A DNA stretch of 64,000 bases, from positions 239 to 64,238 of the forward strand of contig JADFWU010000016.1 of NCBI GenBank assembly GCA_015234045.1, read 5' to 3'. This document shows, one piece after another, positions 29,701 to 39,700 of the stretch. Numbering within the stretch: the first letter of the stretch is position 1; every line of letters starts with the position of its first letter. The translations under genes were made by a program, and so were the position numbers. The notes under the pieces were generated by a model. That model made no database searches, was not told the DNA's origin, and was given only the letters and a program-made list of their open reading frames with translations. Source of the DNA: Magnetococcales bacterium (lineage in GTDB: Bacteria > Pseudomonadota > Magnetococcia > Magnetococcales > JADFWU01).

Positions 29701-30011
29701 TCATCAAGAATCTCAATCCAACCACCACTGCCCGGCCCAAGCCCAACCACCAACTCATCCGCCCCATCACCATCAACATCACACCAAGCAGGCCGTGTAT
29801 CACCGTCATGCTGGTGATTATCGTCCCCACTCACCCGAACACGCCCTTCTGAACTGGCCGGATCAAAAGGATCAAGCAACGCCACGGCACCCGCACCGCC
29901 CACACCATGACTCATGGCCATCGCACCAGGCAGCCCTGCATTGGCATTGAAAGAAAAGAGGCAAAAAAGGAAAGCGCCGAGAATAGAACCAAGCATGGTG
30001 TGACGAATCAT
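26796..30011 (-). CDS. Secreted protein with FG-GAP-like repeats and a C-terminal Beta_propel-type domain
   Basis: Signal peptide; repeats PAxxDxDGDGxDELVxG; STNLQEVGVDEADRIKSDG, GE.LYSVRY, DPLYVFDLADP, GYSDYLHP. Confidence 0.88.
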   Translation of the reverse strand: MIRHTMLGSILGAFLFCLFSFNANAGLPGAMAMSHGVGGAGAVALLDPFDPASSEGRVRVSGDDNHQHDGDTRPAWCDVDGDGADELVVGLGPGSGGWIEILDDESHSHAHLRWLRIPWKKYNDANGETMPACGDLDDDGLDELVIGLGDGSRGWFLLLDDALHGYKKIAGTSHTNGWKRYSGKKYNRSGGGVRPAVGNLDQDSADEIVIASGPGGKGWVEVFDDAQASFAHLDWKRPGHLKYQRNDEGIWPAICDLDGDGASELLLGMGQGGGGWLRVFDSADALHTKSATGLRRGWLRLGWRGYNQRSGAVMPACANMDDDPSDELVLSLSARDGAGWYEVRDDLTTGMEHKAWNRITLPVTTATDTQQKPGMIHLAMRPQGQSGPGFALAQVASGEALKDFLTQGLLDSATPQMYDRLYMATAMEADASSDAGSGATVSSTNLQEVGVDEADRIKSDGHYLYLISDQSITDNSVESDVAVSSFVAPFHYTKKHLRVLRVRDDPASVTEVDEIAFESDEQVDGLYLANNRPEDAADMLVTVGGRNSNMWAMWLSPWYWRSGDTEIGFYDVSDPTAIERNTHIKINGQLISSRRIGEKLYLVTRYTPSPRDFNYYPVTDSEKQDNQTLTEQITVSDLLPDISINGIDHGDLVEPENCFVPSFSEKRAITPDLITLVTIDLAQPDQWLAHCVVGPTETIYVSTESLYLATTRVNYAAPRIRPIGRFDALMEPVEMVETTAIHKFSLTEEGPLYRGSGTVRGTLGWEQDKKPFRMSEYDNTLRIATSLGQTWNDTATTRLTLLQEKTSDLSTVLPSLEETAHVDGIGALGERLYSVRYVGSRAYLVTFKVTDPLYVFDLADPFNPVQRGALHIEGYSDYLHPIGETLLLGIGKTAVADTDASDMGGRGAWYQGLKLTLFDVADPDNPSELESHVIGQRGTDSGILSDHHAMAWLPPMDGKPGRLAIPVKRHDTEPTHAWADLGQPWTWYDWTDTGLHLFDIYSDGASSLQERIDPIGQITISSRDNGDTDGGYWYFAQDRALLLNDSVHYIHGGQVWSGIWGDNKEGIVGPQ

Positions 30012-30127
30012 GAGTACACTTCCATTTGGTTAAGGCTGTTTTTTGAGAGTGTAGAGCCTTTTCAATGTACTATTTATTCAAATTTTTTTCAATATTCAAC
30101 TGCGTAACTCTATAATCTTGCGCGAGA

Positions 30128-30154
30128 GGGATAATTTATTTTTTCCGCGACCCT
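30128..30154. repeat. 27-bp IS-end-like repeat (family C)
   Basis: GGGATAATTTATTTTTTCCGCGACCCT, identical at 49325-49351. Confidence 0.75.
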
Positions 30155-30161
30155 TAACCTA

Positions 30162-30818
30162 TCAATGCGTTTTAAGAAGGTAAAAATAGCGCTGCATCAG
30201 AATCCGAACACCATCGGCATAACGCCAGGGATTCTCTTCAACATCATCCTTCAAAGCGCGCAATGTCATAGCCCGATGATCCACGGCCTCACCGTCCAAA
30301 AACTGAAACGGACCATCAAACACACCCGCGTACACCACAACATTGGACCGCTTGAGCCAAGGTTCGCCATTGCGTACCCGAACCAGAGAGCCGTGCCAGG
30401 GATCATGATCAATCATGCGGATCAAAGCGCGTTGCCCGGGTTGATGACTGTCGGATTTTAGCAGAGTGTGGTAGTGCAGATCATCATCAGCTATGGTGAC
30501 ATGCCCGACACCAACCTCCTCCATCATCTCCTTACGCGCATTCTCATCAAAGGCCGCACGTGACAAAGAGCGATCCTCCGTGACAACATGACCACCGACC
30601 GATTTATCCCACATGAAGGGGTTCTCAGGTCGGTCGCCTCGTTTGACCAATCGGATCTCTCCATTACTGTGCATGAGGATGACATTGATCACGGGCAGAG
30701 CCAGGTGGGCATCACCGTGTTTTCGCGAATATTTTCTAATCTCTTCAAATAGTTTTGGCCGTGCATCGGTCTTAACATAGTGGCCGTGACGATTGGTGGC
30801 ATGAAGGCGTTCAGCCAT
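30162..30818 (-). CDS. NUDIX-fold hydrolase (IPP isomerase-like)
   Basis: KR...ENP..WDKSVGGHV...A.KEMMEEVG; F.F.DGEA. Confidence 0.75.
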   Translation of the reverse strand: MAERLHATNRHGHYVKTDARPKLFEEIRKYSRKHGDAHLALPVINVILMHSNGEIRLVKRGDRPENPFMWDKSVGGHVVTEDRSLSRAAFDENARKEMMEEVGVGHVTIADDDLHYHTLLKSDSHQPGQRALIRMIDHDPWHGSLVRVRNGEPWLKRSNVVVYAGVFDGPFQFLDGEAVDHRAMTLRALKDDVEENPWRYADGVRILMQRYFYLLKTH

Positions 30819-30857
30819 TATTTATTCCTTATTATTTGCCGTCTGTCCCGATCATTT

Positions 30858-31022
30858 CTACAGACCTATTCGACGCAGTAACAGTCGCACCGCCTGCACC
30901 AAGACGTTAAAGAGTACCGACTTTCCTGTCGGTGACAGGCCGACCTTGATGCCGCGTCTATGTAAAATATAGGAGACGATCAGAAAGAGAATAAACAGAA
31001 AGATAGCAATGCGAATAATCAT
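30858..31022 (-). CDS. Small membrane protein (54 aa), not in the ORF track
   Basis: Translated by hand: MIIRIAIFLFILFLIVSYILHRRGIKVGLSPTGKSVLFNVLVQAVRLLLRRIGL. AAGGGGG RBS; fills the gap between co-oriented genes. Confidence 0.65.
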   Translation of the reverse strand: MIIRIAIFLFILFLIVSYILHRRGIKVGLSPTGKSVLFNVLVQAVRLLLRRIGL

Positions 31023-31032
31023 GCAACCCCCT

Positions 31033-31410
31033 TCACATCACCATATGTTTTTCATAGAACGCTCTTGCACTGATGGTATTTGAACAGGTTTGGCAGATAA
31101 AATTCTTTAAATTTTCCGCATCGCCAAAAATGCCATCCTCTTTATTGATATCAAAGTAGCCTGCACACACTCTGCACGCCTTGATATCATTTTTTCTCCG
31201 CTTAAGATCACTGATCACCTCAAGGGCCAACTCTCTGAACGGAATGAAATCCGGGTGTGAGATCTGCGTTCTATCCGAATTGAGACTGATCTCCTGATAA
31301 TTCATATTTTCGACAATGAGAAACCAGTAGTTGGCATCAAAATCGGAATCAGTCAGACTGTTTGCTTCTGCTATGGAGAGAACAGTGAACGGTTGATCTG
31401 ACATGATCAT
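31033..31410 (-). CDS. Hypothetical protein with CxxC...CxxC putative zinc site
   Basis: CRVC and CQTC; GGAG RBS; co-oriented with the response regulator. Confidence 0.7.
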   Translation of the reverse strand: MIMSDQPFTVLSIAEANSLTDSDFDANYWFLIVENMNYQEISLNSDRTQISHPDFIPFRELALEVISDLKRRKNDIKACRVCAGYFDINKEDGIFGDAENLKNFICQTCSNTISARAFYEKHMVM

Positions 31411-31437
31411 TACTCCATTGAGAAAGGGTCACAGCGT

Positions 31438-32433
31438 CTACTTCTGCGCCACCGACGCAGTAAGCTGGGATAGCGTCTGATCAAAGCGCTCCAGAACATC
31501 ATCGGAAACAGAGGACTCCAGTTGAGTTCGCAGAGTCGTCAATGATTCGACTTCTCGCATCACCGCCGAACGCACACCACCCAACGCATGACGGGCGACA
31601 TCTTGTTCGCGTTTGCGCTGCATCATATCACGGAGTTTTTTCTCCATGCCGATGTCCCGACCAAGACAGATTACACCACTTCGGACATCGTTATCATCTT
31701 TAAGGACACCCATGGTCCACAAAACCGGAAAGGCTTTACCATCCGCAGCACGACAGGCCACTTCACCGGAAAAACTGCCCCGTGATTCCACCAGCACATC
31801 TATCTGATCCGCTTTATTCGGATCAATAAATAGTGATGCCGGTGATTGACCATACACATCTTCCGCTTTGCGTCCAAACGCCTTTTGCGCGGCTGCATTG
31901 AATTCAACAATTTTAAATTTTGCATCCATTGAGATAATGATATCCATGGATTGATCAATCAACGAACGGATATAACGCTCGCGATCCAGAAGATCTCTAT
32001 TGCGACTCTCCAATGCTCTGCGAATATTGAGCAAAGAGAGGTGATTGCTCACCCGCGCCTGAACAATGGGCTCACTAACCGGCTTGGTAATATAGTCAAC
32101 AGCACCCAATTCAAAGCCCCGGATTTCATCCTCAACCCGTGTCTTTGCGGTAACAAAAATAACCGGGATATCGCGTGTTGCCGGATCTGATTTCATGCGC
32201 CGACACACTTCATATCCATCCATGCCCGGCATCATGATATCCAGCAACACCAAATCCGGAGGATTGTCTGATTCCACCACTTTGAGCACCTGCTCACCGT
32301 TGAGCGCAATTCTTCGGTCATAGTCAGACAGAATATCCTTGAGAATATCAATATTGGTTTTCTGATCATCGACAATCAGAATCCGTGCCGGTTGACTGGA
32401 TGCTTCCACACTGGACTTATTCATTGATATCAA
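31438..32433 (-). CDS. Response regulator (REC-PAS, no recognisable output domain)
   Basis: ILIVDD, DLVLLDIMMPGMDG, GAVDYITKP; PAS (FNAAAQKAFG). Confidence 0.9.
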   Translation of the reverse strand: MISMNKSSVEASSQPARILIVDDQKTNIDILKDILSDYDRRIALNGEQVLKVVESDNPPDLVLLDIMMPGMDGYEVCRRMKSDPATRDIPVIFVTAKTRVEDEIRGFELGAVDYITKPVSEPIVQARVSNHLSLLNIRRALESRNRDLLDRERYIRSLIDQSMDIIISMDAKFKIVEFNAAAQKAFGRKAEDVYGQSPASLFIDPNKADQIDVLVESRGSFSGEVACRAADGKAFPVLWTMGVLKDDNDVRSGVICLGRDIGMEKKLRDMMQRKREQDVARHALGGVRSAVMREVESLTTLRTQLESSVSDDVLERFDQTLSQLTASVAQK

Positions 32434-35400
32434 TATCCATACTTTCGGCCATGCGTTTCAAGATGGCAATTGCCTGATCAAAATCATATTGTTCGATCCG
32501 GTCTTGCAGACGTGCCACCAAGCGTTGTGCAGCTCTATCTTGCAACAATGCAGATAGTTTATCCATTGTCGAATCGGTTTCAACACTATTCTCTTCCAAC
32601 AAGGTGACTAACGCTTGGAGTAATGGTGCCACCTGTTGCTTGTCCACCTGGATGGGCTCTCGACGCTCTTCGACAACGTTATCCGCCTCACTCTGTGTGG
32701 TCTCAAGAGATTTCAGAGCGTTCAACAAAACGGTTAAAGCGGTCTCAAACGCTGACAGTGTTGAATTGAGGCGTTCACGTTCTTGAGGATGGTCACTACG
32801 CAGTATCTCTTCAAGTGCCTCCGCATGCTGTTGCAACACAACAGCACCGATGCCGGAAGCGACACCCTTGATCGCATGGAGCAAACCACCGGCCTGTTCG
32901 ATATCGCCTTGATTCAATGCGTTTTGCAGTGTTGCCATGGTATCAATATTTTCTTGACCAAAGCGCAGCAAAAGACGGCGATAAAGCGTGTGATTACCAC
33001 GCACCTGAGCCAGACCAGCCACCTGATCCAATCCCTCTATTTCTGCCATCACCATAGGCGCGGCTGTATCTTGGGTCAGGTCATTTTTTACACTATTCAG
33101 CTGAATACAGCGTGAAAGCAGACCATATAATCTTTTTGGTCGCAACGGCTTGGCCAAATGTTCGGTCATACCAACATCCAGACAGCGTTTACGGTCCTCT
33201 TTCAGAGCGTGAGCAGTCATGGCAATGATGGGAAGATCAACAAAGCGCGGCACTTTTCGAATCTGTCGTGCTGCTTCAAAACCATCCATGACGGGCATTT
33301 GAATATCCATCAACACCGCTTGGAATTCAGACAAAGCCACTTTCTGTACCGCTTCCTGCCCGTTGGCCGCCTCCTCCACTTCCAGACCAGCCCGCTCCAA
33401 CAGTTCACGACCAATTTCACGGTTGATGGCGTTATCATCCACCAATAGAACACGGGCTCCACCGATCTTCTCAGTCGTGTCTTCTTCATCCGCCAACACA
33501 CGGTTGTCATGGCTCCGCTGTCCAGAATCTTCACCAAACGATTCCAGAACCACATCGCGCAGTCGGGATCGGGTTGGTGGACGACTGAGACACGCATCCA
33601 CCATCTGTTCGATAATATCCTGTTCCGTATCAAAACTGGTGAGCAAAACGATTTTTGGACAAAACGCAGGATCAGGAAACGCATCACCCGCTACCAAAGC
33701 GGTTTCAAAATCGCTCATAATCGGCTGATCCAGATCAACCAGCAACAGATCACATGCCTGCGCGCCTATTGCAATTGCGTTAAGATGTGCCAACGCCTGT
33801 TCATCAGCTGCCAGAGATGTCACGTCCAGTGAGAGAGCGGATAAAATCTCTGCTGTCAATAACCGACTCAACGGACGCGAATCAATCACCGTCACCGCCA
33901 TATTGAGCAACGCATCAGGCAACCAACAGGGCGCGATTTCACGCTGCTCAGACCGACTGGCAAACGATATCGAAAATGAAAAAGTACTGCCATCTCCAGG
34001 CGTACTGGCGGCCCAAATATCCCCTTTCATCAACCCGACAAGGCGCTTACATATGGTCAAACCAAGACCTGTTCCACCATATTTTCGTGTGGTGGAACCA
34101 TCCGCCTGAATGAAAGGATCAAATAGACTGGGCAGTCGATCCTGTTCGATACCAATACCGGAATCCTTTACCGCAAAAACAATCTCGATCGTTTGCGCGT
34201 CTTTGACTTTCGGTGTAGCACTGACCTCAATGGAACCGGTGTCAGTAAACTTGATGGCGTTACGGATCAGGTTGATCAACACCTGCTCCAAACGCTGATC
34301 ATCACCAATCAACATGGTATCGAACTCTGGTGGTATACGATAAACCAGATCAACACCCTTCTGTTCCGATTGGATGCTGAACAGATCCGCCAAACGATCA
34401 AACACATCGTGGATTCGAAATGAAACCGGATCAAGCTCTAACCGACCCGCCTCAATTTTGGAGAAGTCCAACACATCGTCCAGCAATCCCATCAAAGTAT
34501 GCGAAGAATTTTTCACCTTACGCAGATAGTCGCGCATGCGGGCGGTGATATCCATCTTCAGGGCCAGCTCAGTAAAACCCATAATGGCGTTCATGGGTGT
34601 GCGTATTTCATGGCTGGTATTGGCGATAAATTCACTCTTGGCCTTGCTGGACTCCTCGGCCACTGACAACGTCTCTTCCAGCGATTTCAACAACTGCTTT
34701 CGCTGGGTTATGTCTTGTAGAAAAGCGGTGAACTGGCGATTCTGACGATGATGGATTGTGGTGAGCGACACTTCCAGATCTATAGGCTTACCACTGCTAT
34801 GGCGGCCTCTTACCTCCAACCGTTTTTGAAGCTCTCCACTCTGTTTAAGATTTTTGAGACACCCATCAAGCCCTTTACGATTGATATCACAGTTGTTGGT
34901 TGGCACGACGGTATTGAAACGATGACCAAGCACATCCTCTTTGGTCTTGCCAAACAGCGTTTCCGCCGCTGGATTGAAATCCATCATACGTCCATGATCA
35001 TCAGCCACCACAATGGCATCCAGAGCATTATCCAAAATCGCCTGCTGACGGGTCAGCAGACTTTTCATATCTTGATGGCGCTCGAGATTTTCGATGGTTT
35101 GCGAAACCAGACAGGAGAGCTCTTCTTTACGGAAAGGCTTAGGCAGATAGTAGTTGGCACCGCTTTTAATAAAACGTACCGCCAAATCACGATCCCCAAC
35201 GCTGGACAGACCAATCACCGCCATATCATCACGGGAAAAGTGAGCGCGTATTTTGTGCGTCAGTTCCAGACCATCCATGCCCGGCATCTGGAAATCAGTA
35301 ATGACCAGGTGGATCTGTTGTTGTTGAATAATTTTCAGCGCTTGGGCACCATCACTGGCTTCAACAAGACCAAAACCGTGCCGCTCAAGATGCTGGCCAA

Positions 35401-35857
35401 CCATCCGCCGTGCCGCACGCGAATCATCCACCACCAGAACTTTAAAACGCCCATTGCGGCGCAATCTGCTGATAAAGTGGATGACCGAATCAATAACGCC
35501 GATATTATCTTTAATGAAATAGTCCAATATGCCCTTTTCGAGCATACTGGCTTGCACATCCTTACTATACTTTCCGCTCAAAACAGCAGAGCGTATCCCT
35601 TTGGCAAGACAGGTAGTGACGATTTCACCATCCGCCGCATCCGGCAGAACCAAATCCAGTATCCCCACCAAAAACGGATGCTGCGCCGACTCAATAAGCG
35701 CCACAGCCTCCGCATGGCTCTTTGCCCACAGCACATTCAAATCCAGCTTTTGCTGAATTCTCTGTGTCATCAAAGAGGCAAAACTTTTCGAATCTTCAAC
35801 AAACAGGATGGATTCCATCCCAACCATACCCCCCTGAACCAACACCCTCCCACTCAA
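32417..35857 (-). CDS. Hybrid histidine kinase REC-REC-PAS-HisKA-HATPase-REC(degenerate)-REC-Hpt
   Basis: SHEIRTPMN, NLIRNAIKFT, DSGIGI, GGTGLGL, MDIQMPVMDG, LHAIKGVA. True start is probably 35827 or 35818. Confidence 0.93.
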   Translation of the reverse strand: MSGRVLVQGGMVGMESILFVEDSKSFASLMTQRIQQKLDLNVLWAKSHAEAVALIESAQHPFLVGILDLVLPDAADGEIVTTCLAKGIRSAVLSGKYSKDVQASMLEKGILDYFIKDNIGVIDSVIHFISRLRRNGRFKVLVVDDSRAARRMVGQHLERHGFGLVEASDGAQALKIIQQQQIHLVITDFQMPGMDGLELTHKIRAHFSRDDMAVIGLSSVGDRDLAVRFIKSGANYYLPKPFRKEELSCLVSQTIENLERHQDMKSLLTRQQAILDNALDAIVVADDHGRMMDFNPAAETLFGKTKEDVLGHRFNTVVPTNNCDINRKGLDGCLKNLKQSGELQKRLEVRGRHSSGKPIDLEVSLTTIHHRQNRQFTAFLQDITQRKQLLKSLEETLSVAEESSKAKSEFIANTSHEIRTPMNAIMGFTELALKMDITARMRDYLRKVKNSSHTLMGLLDDVLDFSKIEAGRLELDPVSFRIHDVFDRLADLFSIQSEQKGVDLVYRIPPEFDTMLIGDDQRLEQVLINLIRNAIKFTDTGSIEVSATPKVKDAQTIEIVFAVKDSGIGIEQDRLPSLFDPFIQADGSTTRKYGGTGLGLTICKRLVGLMKGDIWAASTPGDGSTFSFSISFASRSEQREIAPCWLPDALLNMAVTVIDSRPLSRLLTAEILSALSLDVTSLAADEQALAHLNAIAIGAQACDLLLVDLDQPIMSDFETALVAGDAFPDPAFCPKIVLLTSFDTEQDIIEQMVDACLSRPPTRSRLRDVVLESFGEDSGQRSHDNRVLADEEDTTEKIGGARVLLVDDNAINREIGRELLERAGLEVEEAANGQEAVQKVALSEFQAVLMDIQMPVMDGFEAARQIRKVPRFVDLPIIAMTAHALKEDRKRCLDVGMTEHLAKPLRPKRLYGLLSRCIQLNSVKNDLTQDTAAPMVMAEIEGLDQVAGLAQVRGNHTLYRRLLLRFGQENIDTMATLQNALNQGDIEQAGGLLHAIKGVASGIGAVVLQQHAEALEEILRSDHPQERERLNSTLSAFETALTVLLNALKSLETTQSEADNVVEERREPIQVDKQQVAPLLQALVTLLEENSVETDSTMDKLSALLQDRAAQRLVARLQDRIEQYDFDQAIAILKRMAESMDIDINE

Positions 35858-36173
35858 AAGAGGCTGGTTTATGAATTGTGCTATTCATAGATTATTCTCA
35901 ATTTTTCTATTCTGTACAATCCGCATGGCACCAGCAAGCATAATCGACTCGGTATCATCTCATAGTAATCCAACATTCCTGTTGACCTTGATTTTTTATT
36001 TATTGAGTTACAGAGAGGATGATTATCTATAATTAATTATTATAGAAAGGGCCGTATTTAGAATTATTAATTGCTTAATACGATCACTTTTTATAAAACA
36101 ACAAGAACATGAAGAGCGTATTACATACAGAATGTAATACTGTAATTTCGATTCAAATTCACACAACAAATCC

Positions 36174-36296
36174 CAACCTGAGTGGAGCCCCTGGTGATAT
36201 TTTTACGCCGCTTTTGATAGGCAAAGCAGATCATCAGAACAAAAACAGCACCAGGGCCGAAACGGCTGACCGTTCAAATTTTAGACGAAACCGCTA
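36174..36296. repeat. Structured ~120-bp dispersed repeat (family B)
   Basis: Colinear with 57081-57198; internal stem CCCTGGTG...CACCAGGG. Confidence 0.8.
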
Positions 36297-36340
36297 TAAA
36301 CGTCAGCGCCAGACGCTTATTGATTCATTACATGAACACC

Positions 36341-37780
36341 CTACAATGAAACGACAAGCGCCCGTTTTTTCTTCTTTTTGACCTTTTTCTTTGCCTTATA
36401 CATCATTTCATCAGCGGCTTTGAGGATATGTTTGCCATCTTCACCGTGATCCGGGTAAGTGGCAATGCCAATGCTTAACTTGATTTTCAATTTATGACCG
36501 TTGAAATCAAGATCAACATCTGTGCCATCCACCACACGATTGGCCAGCACCTCGGCCATATCCCGATTGGTTTCCGGCAATAACGCCACAAACTCATCTC
36601 CACCTAGACGGCAACAGCTGTCACTGTCCCGGGCTACTTCATTGAGAATACGGGAAAACTCCACCAAAATATGATCACCCGCATCGTGACCAATCTCATC
36701 ATTGACCTTTTTAAAATCATTCAGGTCAATGTAAAGAATGGAAAACTTTTTATCATAACGCCGGGAATCATTTTCAATCTCTTTAATTCGCTCTTCGAAA
36801 AAGGCACGATTAGGCAGCCCCGTCAACGCATCATAGACCGACTTTCTCTTGTAGTGGTCGGCGCGCTCTTTGAGCATGGACTCAAGCGTCTTGATCTCAA
36901 TGATACCTGACAGGGTGTTGGCAACGGTTCGAAGGAAAGAGACATCCTCTGGGCTGGCTTTCTGATGGGCGGTGTTATAGAGGTTTAGAATGCCAACAAG
37001 CGTTTGATCTTTCTTGATTTTAAAAATCAGATGACCGTGATCCTCCATGCCATCAAAGACGAAATCATGGTCATGATCCAGGCAGGAAGCCAGCCATTCA
37101 TCTTTGTCGGACGCGGCCAGCCGTCCGCACAGACAATACCCATAAGCAATGTTATCACAATTGGTTAAAACTGCCGTGCCATCAAGACCATGCTGAGCAA
37201 TAACTTGCAATCGGCGCGTGTCGGGATTGGCCAAAAACACCATGCCACGATGATGAATATCCAACCAGTCCAGCTCAAAAATGATCTGGAGCGCTTTTTC
37301 CATCAATTTACCAAGCGGCTTATTATCCATCAGCAATTTGGTAATTCTATTAATCGCGTGCGACCGCTGCGCCTGTTTTCGTCCCTCTTTATCCGCTTGG
37401 GTGACGTTGGTAATATCCAACACCGTGCCCTTCATATGATGCCCATCTTGTTGATCAAAATGCTGGGCACGTTGCAGAATCATCCTCTCTTGCCCATCTG
37501 GGCGCACAATTCGATGAACAATCTGATAAAAAGATCTGAACTCTATACTCTCCGTCACCGCCGCTTTCACATCGGCTCGATCGTCTGGATGAACAAAGTC
37601 CAGAAACGACTCATACCTCTCTTTAAACTGTTGTTGAGAAGTACCGAATATGGAAAACACTTTGTCTGACCAGAAGAGCTGATTCTTCGAGATATTCCAA
37701 TCCCAAGTCCCTAACAACGCAATATCATAGAACTCCTGATGGTGGCTGGTAAGCAAATCCCCACTTAAGCGTTCAACCAT
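36341..37780 (-). CDS. PAS-GAF-GGDEF diguanylate cyclase
   Basis: GTWDWN..VHPDD PAS_3; GAF with CLCG; DALTGLPNR, DLNDFKKVND..GH..GD, RDSD I-site, GGDEF. Start set at ATG 37780 (AGAGGA RBS). Confidence 0.92.
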   Translation of the reverse strand: MVERLSGDLLTSHHQEFYDIALLGTWDWNISKNQLFWSDKVFSIFGTSQQQFKERYESFLDFVHPDDRADVKAAVTESIEFRSFYQIVHRIVRPDGQERMILQRAQHFDQQDGHHMKGTVLDITNVTQADKEGRKQAQRSHAINRITKLLMDNKPLGKLMEKALQIIFELDWLDIHHRGMVFLANPDTRRLQVIAQHGLDGTAVLTNCDNIAYGYCLCGRLAASDKDEWLASCLDHDHDFVFDGMEDHGHLIFKIKKDQTLVGILNLYNTAHQKASPEDVSFLRTVANTLSGIIEIKTLESMLKERADHYKRKSVYDALTGLPNRAFFEERIKEIENDSRRYDKKFSILYIDLNDFKKVNDEIGHDAGDHILVEFSRILNEVARDSDSCCRLGGDEFVALLPETNRDMAEVLANRVVDGTDVDLDFNGHKLKIKLSIGIATYPDHGEDGKHILKAADEMMYKAKKKVKKKKKRALVVSL

Positions 37781-38249
37781 AACGGTTCCTCTGTAGTCGT
37801 CATATCCCCCCAAAAAATTATTTAATAGAATGCATTTTTCTGTATTGCGACAGAGTAAGCCCGAACATTTCACAAATTCCTGCTGCTCTCGCTTACCATT
37901 TGATTCATCAGTAAATTTTCCCTCCTTTGGTCGCATCTAAACAAGCACGACACATAATCGAAAAATTTACTGACAAATCATATCGCTGAACCATAATTGA
38001 AGGGACTCTTGAAATTTTCATGCTAGACAGAGTCTGCCTATTCAACCTTGCCCTAAAACTGTCACTTTCGGCTCATCATGCCATAATTGTCAACCTAACC
38101 TTCTTAATTAATTTAAATATATGACATTATTATGCGGATTGGTAATACATTTTATTGATTGATAAAAATTTCAGATACCAACAGCAAGTGAGGGATTGAC
38201 TATATGTATGGGATTCCATATATTCATCAAAACAGATATGGATGAGGCC

Positions 38250-38597
38250 ATGATTGAACCAACAACACTTTTCAAAGCACTGGCGGATGAAACACGCCTG
38301 CGTTGTCTGATTCTATTAATCCACGAGCAGGAGCTCTGCGTGTGCGAATTGTGCCACGCTCTGGATATCACGCAACCCAAGATCTCACGCCACTTGGCCA
38401 CACTACGCAACAATGGTGTTGTGCAGGATCGCCGGTCTGGGCAATGGATCTACTATAGTTTGCATCCCGAATTGGCGACATGGGCAACTCAAATTATGCA
38501 AAATGCCGCTCAAGGTGCACGCAGTTTAGAGCCATTTACCAGAGATCAACAGCGACTTACTTCAATGCCGGATCGACCAACGCGCTGCTGTAGCTGA
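38250..38597 (+). CDS. arsR: ArsR-family arsenic-responsive repressor
   Basis: FKALADETRL, ELCVCEL, QPKISRHLA.LR, C-terminal CC. Confidence 0.92.
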   Translation: MIEPTTLFKALADETRLRCLILLIHEQELCVCELCHALDITQPKISRHLATLRNNGVVQDRRSGQWIYYSLHPELATWATQIMQNAAQGARSLEPFTRDQQRLTSMPDRPTRCCS

Positions 38598-38633
38598 TGG
38601 AAGCACGCTCAATTCTACAGAAAGAGGAATACT

Positions 38634-39650
38634 ATGACCATTCGTGTAGGCATCAATGGATTTGGCCGTATGGGCCGTTTAGGACTCCGGGCCGCTTGGG
38701 GTCAATTTGACACATTGGAATTTGTCCATATTAACGAAATCGCCGGTGATGCAGTCTGCTCGGCGCACCTGCTTAAATATGACTCGGTTCATGGCAAATG
38801 GGATCATGATGTCTCATCGGATGGCAACAACATCATTATTGATGGCCACTCCATGAGCTACTCCAGCGCCAAAACACCCGCAGAAGTAGATTGGCAAGGC
38901 ATGGGCATCGATATGGTGATCGAATGCTCCGGCAAATTCAAAACCATGGACGCACTCAAACCCTATTTTGACCAAGGTGTTAAAAAAGTGCTGGTGTCCG
39001 CACCGGTAAAAGATCCTGACGCAGCCAACATCGTCTATGGCATCAATGATGATATTTACGATGCCGCGCGTCACGATGTCATAACAGCGGCATCATGCAC
39101 CACCAACTGCATGGCACCGGTCGTAAAAGTGATGTTGGAAAAACTGGGGATTCGCCATGTCTGCATGACCACCATTCACGATATCACCAACACGCAAACC
39201 ATCATCGACAAAGGTCATAAGGACCTACGCCGCGCCCGTGCCTGTTCCATGTCGCTGATCCCAACCACCAGCGGTTCTGCCACTGCGATTATTCAGATAT
39301 TCCCGGAATTGGCGGGCAAAATGAACGGCCTTGCCGTGCGTGTCCCACTGCTCAACGCTTCATTGACCGATATGGTTTTCGAAGTGGAACGCCCAACCAC
39401 GGTTGAAGAGGTAAACGGCTTCATGAAAGAAGCGGCGGACGGCCCATTAAAAGGCATATTGGGCTATGAGGATCTGCCACTGGTCTCCATCGACTACAAC
39501 AACGATACCCGCTCCTCTATCGTTGATGGACCATCCACCATGGTAACGGATGGCACACAGGTCAAAATGCTGCTCTGGTATGACAATGAGGTGGGTTACG
39601 CCTGTCGCATGATGGAACTGGCTGACAAAATCGCCACCTCTATCCGTTAA
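38634..39650 (+). CDS. ArsJ-associated glyceraldehyde-3-phosphate dehydrogenase
   Basis: [26 protein letters not shown]...[14 protein letters not shown]; lies between arsR and arsJ. Confidence 0.93.
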   Translation: MTIRVGINGFGRMGRLGLRAAWGQFDTLEFVHINEIAGDAVCSAHLLKYDSVHGKWDHDVSSDGNNIIIDGHSMSYSSAKTPAEVDWQGMGIDMVIECSGKFKTMDALKPYFDQGVKKVLVSAPVKDPDAANIVYGINDDIYDAARHDVITAASCTTNCMAPVVKVMLEKLGIRHVCMTTIHDITNTQTIIDKGHKDLRRARACSMSLIPTTSGSATAIIQIFPELAGKMNGLAVRVPLLNASLTDMVFEVERPTTVEEVNGFMKEAADGPLKGILGYEDLPLVSIDYNNDTRSSIVDGPSTMVTDGTQVKMLLWYDNEVGYACRMMELADKIATSIR

Positions 39651-39700
39651 CTATTTGATGCCACCTTAACACCGGCACAGCGTTGATCTGGAGAAAAACC

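Noticed and set aside
34748-35890. 380-aa plus-strand ORF
   Set aside because: Antisense shadow of the hybrid kinase; no recognisable motifs.
37781-37936. N-terminal extension of the diguanylate cyclase in the ORF track
   Set aside because: A better RBS precedes ATG 37780, and the extension is not domain-like.
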